The notes beneath the pieces are model-generated. The model made no database searches. It had not been told where the DNA came from and worked only from the letters and a program-made list of their open reading frames with translations. A DNA stretch of 64,000 bases from Dehalococcoidia bacterium (GTDB lineage: Bacteria > Chloroflexota > Dehalococcoidia > Lucifugimonadales > UBA3495). The translations under genes were made by a program, and so were the position numbers. The stretch covers positions 2,362,319 through 2,426,318 of the forward strand of contig OZ244064.1 of the NCBI GenBank assembly GCA_965215425.1, written 5' to 3'. Below, piece by piece: positions 17,351 through 26,479 of this stretch. The stretch's first letter is position 1, and the number at the start of each line of letters is the position of its first letter.

Positions 17351-18910
17351 ATGTTTGACTTGTTAATCCAGGGCGGTCGAATCATTGACGGCACCGGGCG
17401 AACCTGGTTCCGCGGCAGCGTGGGCGTAACCGGGGATACTATTACCGTGCTGCGCGGGGATACCGTGGCGGTGCCGGCGGCCCGGGTGCTTGACATCGAC
17501 AATGCGATGCTCTGCCCCGGCTTTATCGATATGCACTCCCACTCAGACTTGATGCTGTTGTCCGAACCCAGACACGAGGCCAAGCTGCGCCAGGGGGTAA
17601 CCACCGACGCCCTGGGGATGGACGGCTTGTCCTACGCCCCCACCTCGCCGGCCCGGTTGGAGGAACTGCTCACCTACCTGGCGGCAGTCAACGGGACGCC
17701 GCCGCCGGGGGTGCGCTGGGGCAGCGTCAAGGAGTTTCTCGACCTGCTGGACGGGAGGGTGGCCTGCAATGTGGTCTATTTCGTGCCCCACGCTGCCATA
17801 CGGGTGGAAGCGATGGGCTGGGCCGACCGGTTGCCCAATGCGGCGGAGTTGGCCCGGATGCAGGAATTGGCCCGCCAGGGTATGCGGGAGGGCGCCTTTG
17901 GGTTCGCCACCGGGCTGACCTACCCGCCGGGGGCCTACAGCGATACCGGCGAGCTGGTGGCGGTCAGCGAAGCCATCCGGGATTTGGGCGGTTTCTATAT
18001 GACCCACGCCCGCTACAGCCTGGGCGACCGGCTCCTGGACCCTTTCCGGGAGGCCATCAACATCGGCCAGCGCAGCGGAGTACCAGTGCATATTTCCCAC
18101 TACCACAATCCGGTGAACGGTATGGGGGAGCGGATGACGGCCCTGGTGGACGAAGGCCGCAACGCCGGCATTGACGTAACCTACGATCAGTATCCTTACG
18201 CCGCCGCCAGCACCGTTCTACACTCGCTTTTACCCTACTGGGTGCACGCCGGCGGGCCGGCCGCCCTGTACCGGCGAATCCAGGACCGCCGCATCCGAGA
18301 CGAAATGGGGGATTCGGTGGAACCCCAATGGGGGCTGACCCTGGACCACTATATCTTTAGCCACATCGGCTCGGCTAAAAACAAGGAATGGGAGGGGCGT
18401 TCTCTGGTGGACCTGGCGCGGCACCAGGGGAAAAAGATGGTTGACGCCATCTGCGACCTGCTCCTTGAGGAAAACCTGGACGTGGCCTTTGTGGCCCGCA
18501 CCGGCAACCCGGACAACATCCGCACGATCGCCCGGCACCCGGCCCAGATGGTCGGCTCCGACGGGTTGCTGACCGGCGGCCAGCCCAACCCCCGAACTTA
18601 TGGCACCTTTCCCTATGTCCTGGGCCAATTCGTCCGGGAGGAGGGTCTGCTACGGTTGGAGGAGGCGGTGCGAAAGATGACCGCCATCCCGGCCCAGCGG
18701 CTGGGTCTCCCGGACCGGGGCATCATCCGGGACGGCATGAAGGCCGACCTGGTGGTCTTTGACCCGGAGCGGGTGGCGGCCAGGGCCACCTTTGAGCAGC
18801 CCAAGCAATACCCGGAGGGTATCGACTACGTGATAGTCAACGGCCAGGTGGTTATTGACCAGGCGGTTCACACCGGCGCCCTGCCGGGCCGGGCCTTGCG
18901 CTCCCAATAG
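17351..18910 (+). CDS. N-acyl-D-amino-acid deacylase (D-aminoacylase) family amidohydrolase
   Basis: MFDLLIQGGRIIDGTG...CPGFIDMHSHSDL...YMTHARY... and a typical length. Confidence 0.8.
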   Translation: MFDLLIQGGRIIDGTGRTWFRGSVGVTGDTITVLRGDTVAVPAARVLDIDNAMLCPGFIDMHSHSDLMLLSEPRHEAKLRQGVTTDALGMDGLSYAPTSPARLEELLTYLAAVNGTPPPGVRWGSVKEFLDLLDGRVACNVVYFVPHAAIRVEAMGWADRLPNAAELARMQELARQGMREGAFGFATGLTYPPGAYSDTGELVAVSEAIRDLGGFYMTHARYSLGDRLLDPFREAINIGQRSGVPVHISHYHNPVNGMGERMTALVDEGRNAGIDVTYDQYPYAAASTVLHSLLPYWVHAGGPAALYRRIQDRRIRDEMGDSVEPQWGLTLDHYIFSHIGSAKNKEWEGRSLVDLARHQGKKMVDAICDLLLEENLDVAFVARTGNPDNIRTIARHPAQMVGSDGLLTGGQPNPRTYGTFPYVLGQFVREEGLLRLEEAVRKMTAIPAQRLGLPDRGIIRDGMKADLVVFDPERVAARATFEQPKQYPEGIDYVIVNGQVVIDQAVHTGALPGRALRSQ

Positions 18911-19150
18911 GTTCCCAATAGGTATGGAGGCTTGGCCCACGGGAGACTGCCCCAAAACGGGTGGCTTGCGCTCCCAATAGGTTCCCAATAGGCACGGAGG
19001 CCTGGCCCACGGGAGACTGCCCCAAAAACGGGTGGCTTGCGCTCCCAATAGGTTCCCAATAGGTACGGAGGCTTGGCCCACGGGAGACTGCCCAAAACGG
19101 GTGGCTTGCGCTCCCAATAGGTTCCCAATAGGCACGGAGGCCCGGCCACC
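18895..19150. repeat. tandem repeat of ~70 bp, about 3.6 copies
   Basis: Units start at 18895, 18965, 19036 and 19105 (lengths 70, 71 and 69, then a partial unit): CTTGCGCTCCCAATAGGTTCCCAATAGG-yAyGGAGGCyTGGCCCACGGGAGACTGCCCCAAAACGGGTGG. The first unit contains the stop codon of the D-aminoacylase gene. Confidence 0.9.
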
Positions 19151-19228
19151 GCGACGCAGGGGTGGAGCCTCGGTGAACCGCTGCGTCGCGCTGCGCTCGC
19201 TGCTTCGCGGTGGTGAAAAAACCGCGGA

Positions 19229-20002
19229 CTAACGGCCCTTCCAGACTGGGGAGCGCTTTTCAGCAAAAGCCCGGACGCCCTCCTGAGCATCCTCGGTTTG
19301 CAGCACCTCGTCCCGCTTGTTCTGGGCGAAGGCCACCCGTTCCTCCAGCCCCATTTCCGCTCCCTTGATGGAGGCTTCCTTGATGGCGGCCAGGGACAGG
19401 GGGGCGTTGGCCGTTATCTGCTGCGCCATCGCCTCGGCCCGGGGCATTACCTCTTCCGGCGCTACCACGTAGTTGACCAGCATCAACTCCAGGGCCTTCG
19501 GCGCGTCCACGAACTCGCCGGTGAACAGGAACTCGAAGGCGATGTTTCGCGGCACCACCTGGGAGAGCAGCGCCGGCCCGCTGACTGAGGAGATGCCCCG
19601 CTTGGCCTGGGGCCAGCCGAAGCGGGCTTCGGTGGAGGCGATGCGGATGTCGCTGCCCAGCGCGATACCGCAGCCCTGGGCCAGGCAGATGCCGTTGATC
19701 GCGGAGATGATGGGCTTCCAGATTTTCGACTGCTCCACGTAGAGGTCGCCGGTGCTGGGGCCTTCGTTGGCCCGGTCGTTGGCCATGGCTACCAGGTCGT
19801 GGCCGGTGGAAAAGGCCCGGCCCCGGCCGGTAACGATGGCGCAGCGCACTTCCGGGTTGTTCTTTACGTCCTGAAAAGCGTCCCACAAGAGCTGCCGCAT
19901 GGCCGGGTCAATGGCGTTCAGTTTTTCCGGGCGGTTCAGGGTGATATAGGCGATGCCGTCCTTGATTTCGTATAGCGCTTCAGGCTCAGTCTGGGCGGTC
20001 AA
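19229..20002 (-). CDS. enoyl-CoA hydratase/isomerase (crotonase) family protein
   Basis: IAYITLNRPEKLNAI...VTGRGRAFSTGHDL. TTG start with AAGGAGG 7 nt upstream. Confidence 0.85.
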   Translation of the reverse strand: MTAQTEPEALYEIKDGIAYITLNRPEKLNAIDPAMRQLLWDAFQDVKNNPEVRCAIVTGRGRAFSTGHDLVAMANDRANEGPSTGDLYVEQSKIWKPIISAINGICLAQGCGIALGSDIRIASTEARFGWPQAKRGISSVSGPALLSQVVPRNIAFEFLFTGEFVDAPKALELMLVNYVVAPEEVMPRAEAMAQQITANAPLSLAAIKEASIKGAEMGLEERVAFAQNKRDEVLQTEDAQEGVRAFAEKRSPVWKGR

Positions 20003-20014
20003 GGTGGTTCCTCC

Positions 20015-21817
20015 TTAAAGGGAAATAGGTGATTTGCAAGCTATCCGGTTGGCGTGGGGCCAAACCTGTATTGCCACTTGGCAAAGGCGCCTGGCGCGCT
20101 GCTCAATCGCTGCTTCATCCCACACTGCTGGAGCCTCTTCCAGCAGGGTTTTATTGAGAAATAGGACGGTATGGGCGTTGAGGGTCTGGCGCTTTTCGGT
20201 CCACGGCGCGTTGGAAAGAGTGGAGTTAAGGGGGGTATTCACCAGGGTCAGGTTGCCGATGGAGTGGACGATGCGGTTGCGATTGTCCACCGACCGAGGT
20301 TCAGCTGCCACGCCGGCGGGGATGGGCCAACGCCCTTGCCAACTCTGGGGCATTATGTGTTCAATGGTCAGGCCGCGAGGAACGGACTGGGTTTCCGCCT
20401 TGTTGGTTCGGAGTTCCGCTTCGATGGCTTCAAGAACCATTCTCAGGCGCCCCCGGGTTATCGAGTGGTACAGCGGTGAGTTCAAGAATACATTCTCCAC
20501 TTGCTGGTCATCTGGCCAAATCCGGTTGGAGGCCGTTTGTCCCCCAAGGAAGTCAATTACAAAGTCGCCGGCTTGCTCGAAGCTCCCCATTTGCAGCCTC
20601 GCAATTAGTTCCATGAAAAGACGGTTGGTTCCCTGAGAAGTTGATCGGCACAACATACGACGTACCGAGAAGCTTTCCAAAGCCGTCAATGCTTTGGTTA
20701 ATTGGTCCTGCGGTACACTATTGGAACGCAGCCAGAGTAGAACCGGAGTAAGGACGCCCAGGTCCAGGACCTTCCAGCGGTAATGGAAGTCAGCCATTTC
20801 GGGGTAAGAGTTTTCTTCCAGCTTGCGATAAACTCGGCTTACCTTGCGTATGTCCTGGGCAACGGCGACTATTGACTCGTTCTCTCTGCGGCTAACATAT
20901 TCCCGGAACTCGGCAAAAACCCGGTTGGTGTTGACTTCTCCCGAAGTTCTGAGAACCAGCCAGTAGTTCAGAAATGACTCGATGCGAGGGCGGGTAAGAC
21001 GTCCCTGACGAACATCCTCATTCCACCAATTATCCGTGAAATCCCACAAGCAACTGGTATCACCCGTAAACCCGGCTCTTTCCGACTCATAGAGGACCAT
21101 GTTTTTGACTAAATCGGACTGCAACAGAGGGGTGCCCCGTGCATTGAGGGTCTCAAAGATGATGTGGGGTTCGTCTGCTTCAGCCAAGTCAAGAACGACT
21201 AATTCCAGTCTCCGGGCCAGGGCTTCTTCCAGTGCGTCCGCTCGTTTTTCCCTCTCCTGAAGGCCGGCGTCCAGCCATTGCTGCACTTGCGTCTTGAAGA
21301 AATCGTGGCACTGAACAATCAATGAATCCGAAGCTTCTTCGCTTTCCAGATCGTTTCGCATTGCCTGGCGAAATGCTTCCTGGTCGCCGGTGGTGGGCCA
21401 AACCTTGAATTCGTTATCCGAGTTGTCGCCACGATATGCTTCATAATTGGATACTAACAGGGAAAGCCGTTGGGCCGCCGCTTGGGAACGGGGTTCTTCC
21501 CGTATTCCTAGCTGTTCTTGCGTCGCATCCAGGAGCAACTGGAGCGTTGTCAACCTTTGCTGTCCATCCACTACGATGCGTCGGTCGAGTCCGTCGGAAG
21601 TGACCGTGCTTTGCTCTTGAAGCACTACCGCTCCCATAAAATGTTTGGTGTTGTCCGGTGGAGCGTCAAGCAGACCTTCCGCCGTGTTCTGAACATCTTG
21701 CCAAAGAGATTCCCATTGGTCTTCTTCGTTCCAGATGTAGCGTCGCTGAAATTCGGGAATCTCGTAACGGGCCTGCTTTTGGAACAGGTTCTGCAAATTC
21801 AGTATCTCGACTTTCAT
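20015..21817 (-). CDS. GmrSD-like type IV restriction enzyme (DUF262 ParB-like NTPase plus DUF1524 HNH-like nuclease)
   Basis: N-terminal YEIPEFQRRYIW...VVDGQQRLTTLQLLL (DUF262). C-terminal TIEHIMPQSW...VHSIGNLTLVNTPLNSTLSN (DUF1524). The gene is visibly AT-richer than its neighbours. Confidence 0.8.
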   Translation of the reverse strand: MKVEILNLQNLFQKQARYEIPEFQRRYIWNEEDQWESLWQDVQNTAEGLLDAPPDNTKHFMGAVVLQEQSTVTSDGLDRRIVVDGQQRLTTLQLLLDATQEQLGIREEPRSQAAAQRLSLLVSNYEAYRGDNSDNEFKVWPTTGDQEAFRQAMRNDLESEEASDSLIVQCHDFFKTQVQQWLDAGLQEREKRADALEEALARRLELVVLDLAEADEPHIIFETLNARGTPLLQSDLVKNMVLYESERAGFTGDTSCLWDFTDNWWNEDVRQGRLTRPRIESFLNYWLVLRTSGEVNTNRVFAEFREYVSRRENESIVAVAQDIRKVSRVYRKLEENSYPEMADFHYRWKVLDLGVLTPVLLWLRSNSVPQDQLTKALTALESFSVRRMLCRSTSQGTNRLFMELIARLQMGSFEQAGDFVIDFLGGQTASNRIWPDDQQVENVFLNSPLYHSITRGRLRMVLEAIEAELRTNKAETQSVPRGLTIEHIMPQSWQGRWPIPAGVAAEPRSVDNRNRIVHSIGNLTLVNTPLNSTLSNAPWTEKRQTLNAHTVLFLNKTLLEEAPAVWDEAAIEQRARRLCQVAIQVWPHANRIACKSPISL

Positions 21818-21886
21818 CCATTATTCTCCAGTGGACGTGGCGCTGGTTCAAGCCGCGCCAGCATAGATGACGTGGCAAATATGTCT

Positions 21887-23161
21887 CTAAATAATCCGCG
21901 ACCCGGTAGGTTTGGTTCCAATAACTCCCGATTCCTCCAGTCCGTCTATTTCTCCGTCGCTCAGCCCCAGCAGTTCCCGGTATATCTGCCGGTTGTGCTG
22001 GCCCAGGGTGGGCGCCGGCCAGTGTACCCGGCCGGGAGTGGCGGACATCCGCCAGGCAAAGCCCTGATACCATTTCGGGCCGGCCTGGGGGTGGTCAACG
22101 TAGTTGAAGGCGCCCCGGTCGGCGTAGTGTTCATTCTCCAGCAAATCCGGCCCCCGCAGTACCGGGCCGGCGGGCACCCCCGCGTCCTGGAGCTGGCGGG
22201 TGATGTCCCACATATCCCGTTTTGCCGTCCATTCCCCGATGATCCGGTCCAGTTCCGACCGGCTTTCCAGGCGGGCGGCGTTAGTGGCGTAGTTGGCGCT
22301 ATGGGCCAGTTCCGGCCGGCCAATGGCTTGAGCCAGCTGCCGCCACTGCGCATCGGTGGTAACGGCGATGGTAACCCAGCGGTCGGCGCCGGCGCAGGGA
22401 TAGGCGTTATGGGGCGCGAACCAGGGGGATTGGTTGCCCAGCCGTTCCGGTTCCCGTCCGGTAATCTGGTAGGCCAGGGCCTCGCCGCCGATGAGGGATA
22501 CCGCCGATTCCTGCTGGGATACGTCCACGAACATTCCCCGGCCGGTGCGCCGGCGGTAGCGCAGGGCGGCCAGCAGCACCCCGGCGGCGTGGGAGCCGGT
22601 GATGGGGTCGCCGTGGTTGATGCCCGACTTCATCGGCCCGTCGTTGACATAACCGGTCATATGGGCCATTCCGGAAAGCTGCTCTTGACCAATGCCGTAG
22701 GCCACGTAGTTCTGCCACGGCCCGCTGTTGCCAAAGGCCGGCATGGAGGCGTAAATCAGGTCGGGGCGGAACCGGCGCAGGGTTTCGTAGGTGTAGCCCA
22801 GGCGGGCCAGGCTGCCCTGCCGGAAGTTTTCAATCAGGGCGTCGCTGATCGATACCAGCCGTTCAAAGACCCGGCGTCCTGGTTCCTCGGTCAGTTCCAG
22901 GGTGATGCCGTACTTGCTCATGTGGAGGCAGTTAAACCAGCCGTTGCGGTTCCAGGGTTCCGCTCCCGGGTCCGAGTCCGGGTAGGCGGCGATACCCGGC
23001 GCCGGGTTTACCGGCCCCCGGTGGGAGTCGTACACCCGCCGGGATTCCAGCTTGATTACCTCGGCGCCCATATCGGCCAGCAGCTTGGTGCAGTAAGGCC
23101 CGGCCCAGATGCGGGAGAGGTCAAGGATACGGAAATTCTTCAGCGGCTGTGCCTTGCTCAA
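21887..23161 (-). CDS. CaiB/BaiF family III CoA-transferase
   Basis: FRILDLSRIWAGPYCTKLLADMGAEVIKLE. TTG start directly abuts the upstream stop, with GAAGGAG upstream. Confidence 0.85.
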   Translation of the reverse strand: MSKAQPLKNFRILDLSRIWAGPYCTKLLADMGAEVIKLESRRVYDSHRGPVNPAPGIAAYPDSDPGAEPWNRNGWFNCLHMSKYGITLELTEEPGRRVFERLVSISDALIENFRQGSLARLGYTYETLRRFRPDLIYASMPAFGNSGPWQNYVAYGIGQEQLSGMAHMTGYVNDGPMKSGINHGDPITGSHAAGVLLAALRYRRRTGRGMFVDVSQQESAVSLIGGEALAYQITGREPERLGNQSPWFAPHNAYPCAGADRWVTIAVTTDAQWRQLAQAIGRPELAHSANYATNAARLESRSELDRIIGEWTAKRDMWDITRQLQDAGVPAGPVLRGPDLLENEHYADRGAFNYVDHPQAGPKWYQGFAWRMSATPGRVHWPAPTLGQHNRQIYRELLGLSDGEIDGLEESGVIGTKPTGSRII

Positions 23162-24439
23162 CTAAATGACTCCTTCGGCGTGGAGACCTTCCACTTCGGC
23201 GGCGGAATAACCCAGACCGCCCAGGATTTCCAGGCAATGCTCGGCCAGCAGGGGGGCGCGGCGGTAAACCCAGGCGTCCCAGCCGCCGGTATTCGGGCTG
23301 GCCGCCTTTGGGTCGCCGGTATCCGGGCTGCCGGTATTCGGGCTGGCAGTATTCGGGCCGCCGGTATCCGGGCGGATGGGCGGGCCGGGGTACTGGAAGG
23401 CTTCGGCCACCGGATGCTCCAGGCGGACAAAGTAGTCCCGGGCCGTCAACTGCTCCATCTCCAGGATGTCCCGCATTTCGGCGACGAAGGAAAAGCCCAG
23501 GCCATGTTCCTGTCCGGCCTTGAAAATATCCACCTTGTCGTGTTCCAGCAGCCAGGGCAGCATCAGGGCGTCCACCTCGTCGGCGTGGAGCAAGCGGCCC
23601 TGGCGGGAGGCAAAGCGAGGGTCGGCCAGTTCCCCGGTTTCCATAATTTTGGCTACTTCCGGCCAGTTCTGGTCCGGGCCGGCGATGATGCCCACGAACC
23701 CGTCCTGGCAGGGGTAGATGCCCCAGGCGGCGCGGCCGTAGCCCCGGTTGCCCACCCGGGTAAACTCCTGCCCGGAGTAGCTGTATTGCATCAGGGCATT
23801 TTCCAGCACGTTGGTGGCGTACTCGGCGATAGCCAGGTCAATATGTTGCCCCTGGCCGGTGTCCTCGGCGTAGAGCAGGGCGGTCATAGTGGCGACAAAG
23901 GCGTTCTGGCCGGCGCCCAGTTGGGCCAGGGGCGCGCCCTCCTTGAGGGGGGGCTGCTCCGGCTCCCCGGTAATGTTCATCAGACCGCCGGCGGCGTACA
24001 GGTTGATTTCAGAGGCCTTCCAGTCCCGGTAGGGGCCGGTCTGTCCGTAGTTGGAGATGGAGGTCAGCACTAGGGCCGGGTTTTCCCGCCGCAGGGTATC
24101 GTAGTCCAGCCCCAGCCTTGCCATCACGCCGGGGGCGAAGTTCTCCACCAGAATATCGGCGGAACGGGTCAGTTGCCGGATTATTTCCCGTCCCTTGTCG
24201 GATTTCAGGTCCAGCGTCAGGCTCTTTTTTGAGGTGTTCAGGTAGAGGAACCAGGCGCCGCTCTCGCCGGGATGCCGGGGATTGGCAAAGGGCGGGAAGT
24301 AGCGCAGGGGATCGCCGCTGCCGGGCCGCTCCACCTTGATTACCTCGGCCCCCAGGGTAGCCAGCAGCTTGGTGCAGTAGGGGCCGGCAAAGTAATGGGT
24401 CAGGTCAAGAACCTTGACCCCCTCCAGCAGTCCGGGCAT
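23162..24439 (-). CDS. CaiB/BaiF family III CoA-transferase carrying a C-terminal SPNTG-type repeat insertion
   Basis: MPGLLEGVKVLDLTHYFAGPYCTKLLATLGAEVIKVE. I chose ATG 24439 rather than the ORF-track start at 24562, whose extra 41 aa translate a duplicated leader. Confidence 0.8.
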   Translation of the reverse strand: MPGLLEGVKVLDLTHYFAGPYCTKLLATLGAEVIKVERPGSGDPLRYFPPFANPRHPGESGAWFLYLNTSKKSLTLDLKSDKGREIIRQLTRSADILVENFAPGVMARLGLDYDTLRRENPALVLTSISNYGQTGPYRDWKASEINLYAAGGLMNITGEPEQPPLKEGAPLAQLGAGQNAFVATMTALLYAEDTGQGQHIDLAIAEYATNVLENALMQYSYSGQEFTRVGNRGYGRAAWGIYPCQDGFVGIIAGPDQNWPEVAKIMETGELADPRFASRQGRLLHADEVDALMLPWLLEHDKVDIFKAGQEHGLGFSFVAEMRDILEMEQLTARDYFVRLEHPVAEAFQYPGPPIRPDTGGPNTASPNTGSPDTGDPKAASPNTGGWDAWVYRRAPLLAEHCLEILGGLGYSAAEVEGLHAEGVI

Positions 24440-24771
24440 TGGGTCGTCTCCTGTAGTTCCGGGAAATTGCAAGGGAGATCGCCTGTGTGTAGCCCAGGGT
24501 GCGTCGTCTCCGGTGGTTCCGGGAAACTGGCGTTGGGCCCAGGTCAAGGTGTATTGTTGCATTGGCCGGGGGGAAATGCAAGGTAGAGCGGTTCACGGCA
24601 GCGACGCCGGGGCCCGGGGTTTCGTCGAGATTGGCCTTCCCGCTGCGTTACCGGTGTCGCGGCGGCAAAAATACGCCAGTACGCCGTGGTTTGGGGCCCC
24701 CTGCCGATACCAAGGCGTCTCGCTACAGAGAATAGTATTAAGGGCGGGTAGGCTGACTCCCCTGCCGGTTA

Positions 24772-25482
24772 CTAGGGCCCCTCCCAGCGGCAAGGAGGCA
24801 AATCGTCGTATTGGTCAATATCTACCTGAACGGAGCTGCTGGGCCCTTCAATTCGGGCGCTCATCGATTCTTCGCGAGCCTCACTGTCGCGGCGGGTAGG
24901 GCGGACTTCCTGCCCGTTGTGGATGGCGAGAAACACGGCGTTGGCGATCTCCTCGGCGGTGCTGGCGCTATCGTCCAGTTCTTTACGGTAGAGGTCCAGG
25001 TCAAAGGACACCAAAGAGGGCAGTTCGGCAACCAGGGCATCCGTAAAGGCGAGGTCATCCCATTGTCCGCATAAATCGTAGAACCGAAGGTCCAGTGCTA
25101 TCACGTTGACCAGACCGGCAAAGTCGCTGGGCCTTAACAGTGTAGCGGTGGGCGCCGCTTCGAAAGACAGCTGTTCGATCCGGAATAACTCCGGATGCGT
25201 GGCCAGGGTGCATTGACCGAGATCCAGGGTGTCCAGAAGGTCTTTCTGAAGCGCCGGGAACCGGTGGCAAATGTTGGAGAGCTCGGTCAGCGGTGGCGAT
25301 TCCGGAGAGGTGCTTGCATTGGTCCGTCGTCGTTGCGCTGCGGTTTGATCCTCCCGCGATTCCTGCTCCTGGGCTGGCGACTCGCTGACTTCCGCTGTCG
25401 GGTTGACGTCCACGGTAGTGGAAATGCCATTGCAGGCCAGGGTCAGGACGGTCAGGATAATCAGGGGGATGATGATTTTCAA
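24772..25482 (-). CDS. predicted lipoprotein, function unknown (leucine-rich C-terminal region)
   Basis: TTG 25482 preceded by AAGGAGAG gives MKIIIPLIILTVLTLAC (signal peptide plus lipobox Cys). Confidence 0.55.
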   Translation of the reverse strand: MKIIIPLIILTVLTLACNGISTTVDVNPTAEVSESPAQEQESREDQTAAQRRRTNASTSPESPPLTELSNICHRFPALQKDLLDTLDLGQCTLATHPELFRIEQLSFEAAPTATLLRPSDFAGLVNVIALDLRFYDLCGQWDDLAFTDALVAELPSLVSFDLDLYRKELDDSASTAEEIANAVFLAIHNGQEVRPTRRDSEAREESMSARIEGPSSSVQVDIDQYDDLPPCRWEGP

Positions 25483-25532
25483 GAGACTCTCCTTGTTGCT
25501 CCAGTCCGATGGCAAAGGGTGGCGTTGGGGCG

Positions 25533-26120
25533 TTAAAAGGCGAGGGAACTGACGGCAGCTTTGCGCTGATGGTGATGCTGAAGGTTCGCTATGCCGCCGG
25601 AGTCGTAAAATAGCGGGTGGGAGGCGTCGATCACCAGGTCGGGGATGGTCGGGGACGAGGACAAGGCGTAACCCAGGAACTTTTGCCCCCGCCGGTTCCT
25701 GAATCGCTTAACCGGAAAGAAGCGGGGATTATTCCGCAGGCAAGCCCGGAACTGGTGCAGGTTAAGAATCAGCCAATGGGACAGACGGGTTTCGTCGAAA
25801 CTGGCGATACCCACAAAGTAGGCATCGACGTAATCCGTGCTGGTGATTACCTTATATTCCTTGCCTTCGGACAAGGTAATTTGGGGCCAGAAAAGAAGGG
25901 CTTCGGCGCGGCGCACCCTTACCGATATGTTCAGGTTCCGGGCCTGCAAGACCAGGTCGGTGGCGTACTGCTGGTCCTGCGCTTCGTTGGCATAGCTGAT
26001 TTTATAGCTGTCATTCAGGAGCGGCCCGAAGAGCCTTTGCTTATCGATGCGGTGCAGGACCGTTTCCACCAGAGGCATCATTTTCTCGGAAAATTCCTTC
26101 TCCTCAAAATAGGCGGCCAT
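25533..26120 (-). CDS. hypothetical protein, possibly PD-(D/E)xK-nuclease-like
   Basis: 195-aa ORF. QQYATDLVLQARNLNISVRVRR resembles a D...(E/Q)xK/R nuclease core. This is weak, by eye only. Confidence 0.45.
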   Translation of the reverse strand: MAAYFEEKEFSEKMMPLVETVLHRIDKQRLFGPLLNDSYKISYANEAQDQQYATDLVLQARNLNISVRVRRAEALLFWPQITLSEGKEYKVITSTDYVDAYFVGIASFDETRLSHWLILNLHQFRACLRNNPRFFPVKRFRNRRGQKFLGYALSSSPTIPDLVIDASHPLFYDSGGIANLQHHHQRKAAVSSLAF

Positions 26121-26174
26121 CGGTTATTTCCCTCCTTTCAGGCTAAGTAGCAGGAACCCGGTTCAGCCACCCGG

Positions 26175-26417
26175 CTACTCGGCGAACGTGCCGCATACGT
26201 CATCTACCCCGGCTTTCTCAAAGGCCAGCCGGACGGCGGTGCGCTGGACCAGGTTCAGGTCGCCGCTGGCCTGTTCCTTGATCTTTTCAATGACTGCTGG
26301 CGGGACGTTTTGGTCTTCCAGCGCCTTCAGGCACTCGCCGGGGATGGCGCTGGTGTTGCAGGCGATGCTACTGATACTGATGGCGGCTATGGCCAGGACG
26401 GCGGTTAGCTGCTTCAT
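26175..26417 (-). CDS. small predicted lipoprotein (80 aa)
   Basis: MKQLTAVLAIAAISISSIAC signal peptide and lipobox. Confidence 0.5.
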   Translation of the reverse strand: MKQLTAVLAIAAISISSIACNTSAIPGECLKALEDQNVPPAVIEKIKEQASGDLNLVQRTAVRLAFEKAGVDDVCGTFAE

Positions 26418-26479
26418 CGGTTCGTTATTCCTCCACTCCGGTTTGGTCCGTTCAATTCGTACCGCCTGGAAGCCGCACT

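Noticed and set aside
18650-19290. Minus-strand ORFs with repeated peptide PIGNLLGAQATRF... / LLGTYWERKPPV...
   Set aside because: They are translations of the 70-bp tandem DNA repeat and overlap the 3' end of the D-aminoacylase gene. They have no start context or RBS.
21518-24073. 851-aa plus-strand ORF, the longest in the track for this region
   Set aside because: It is antisense to two well-supported CaiB-family genes. Its translation is Gly/Ala/Val/Pro/Arg-rich low complexity with no recognisable motif, which is typical of spurious antisense ORFs in GC-rich DNA.
24440-24562. 41-codon N-terminal extension of the CaiB ORF (MQQYTLTW...QFPGTTGDD x2)
   Set aside because: It translates a duplicated non-coding leader. 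The conserved CaiB N-terminus (MPGLLEGVKVLDL) starts at ATG 24439 with its own GGAGA box.
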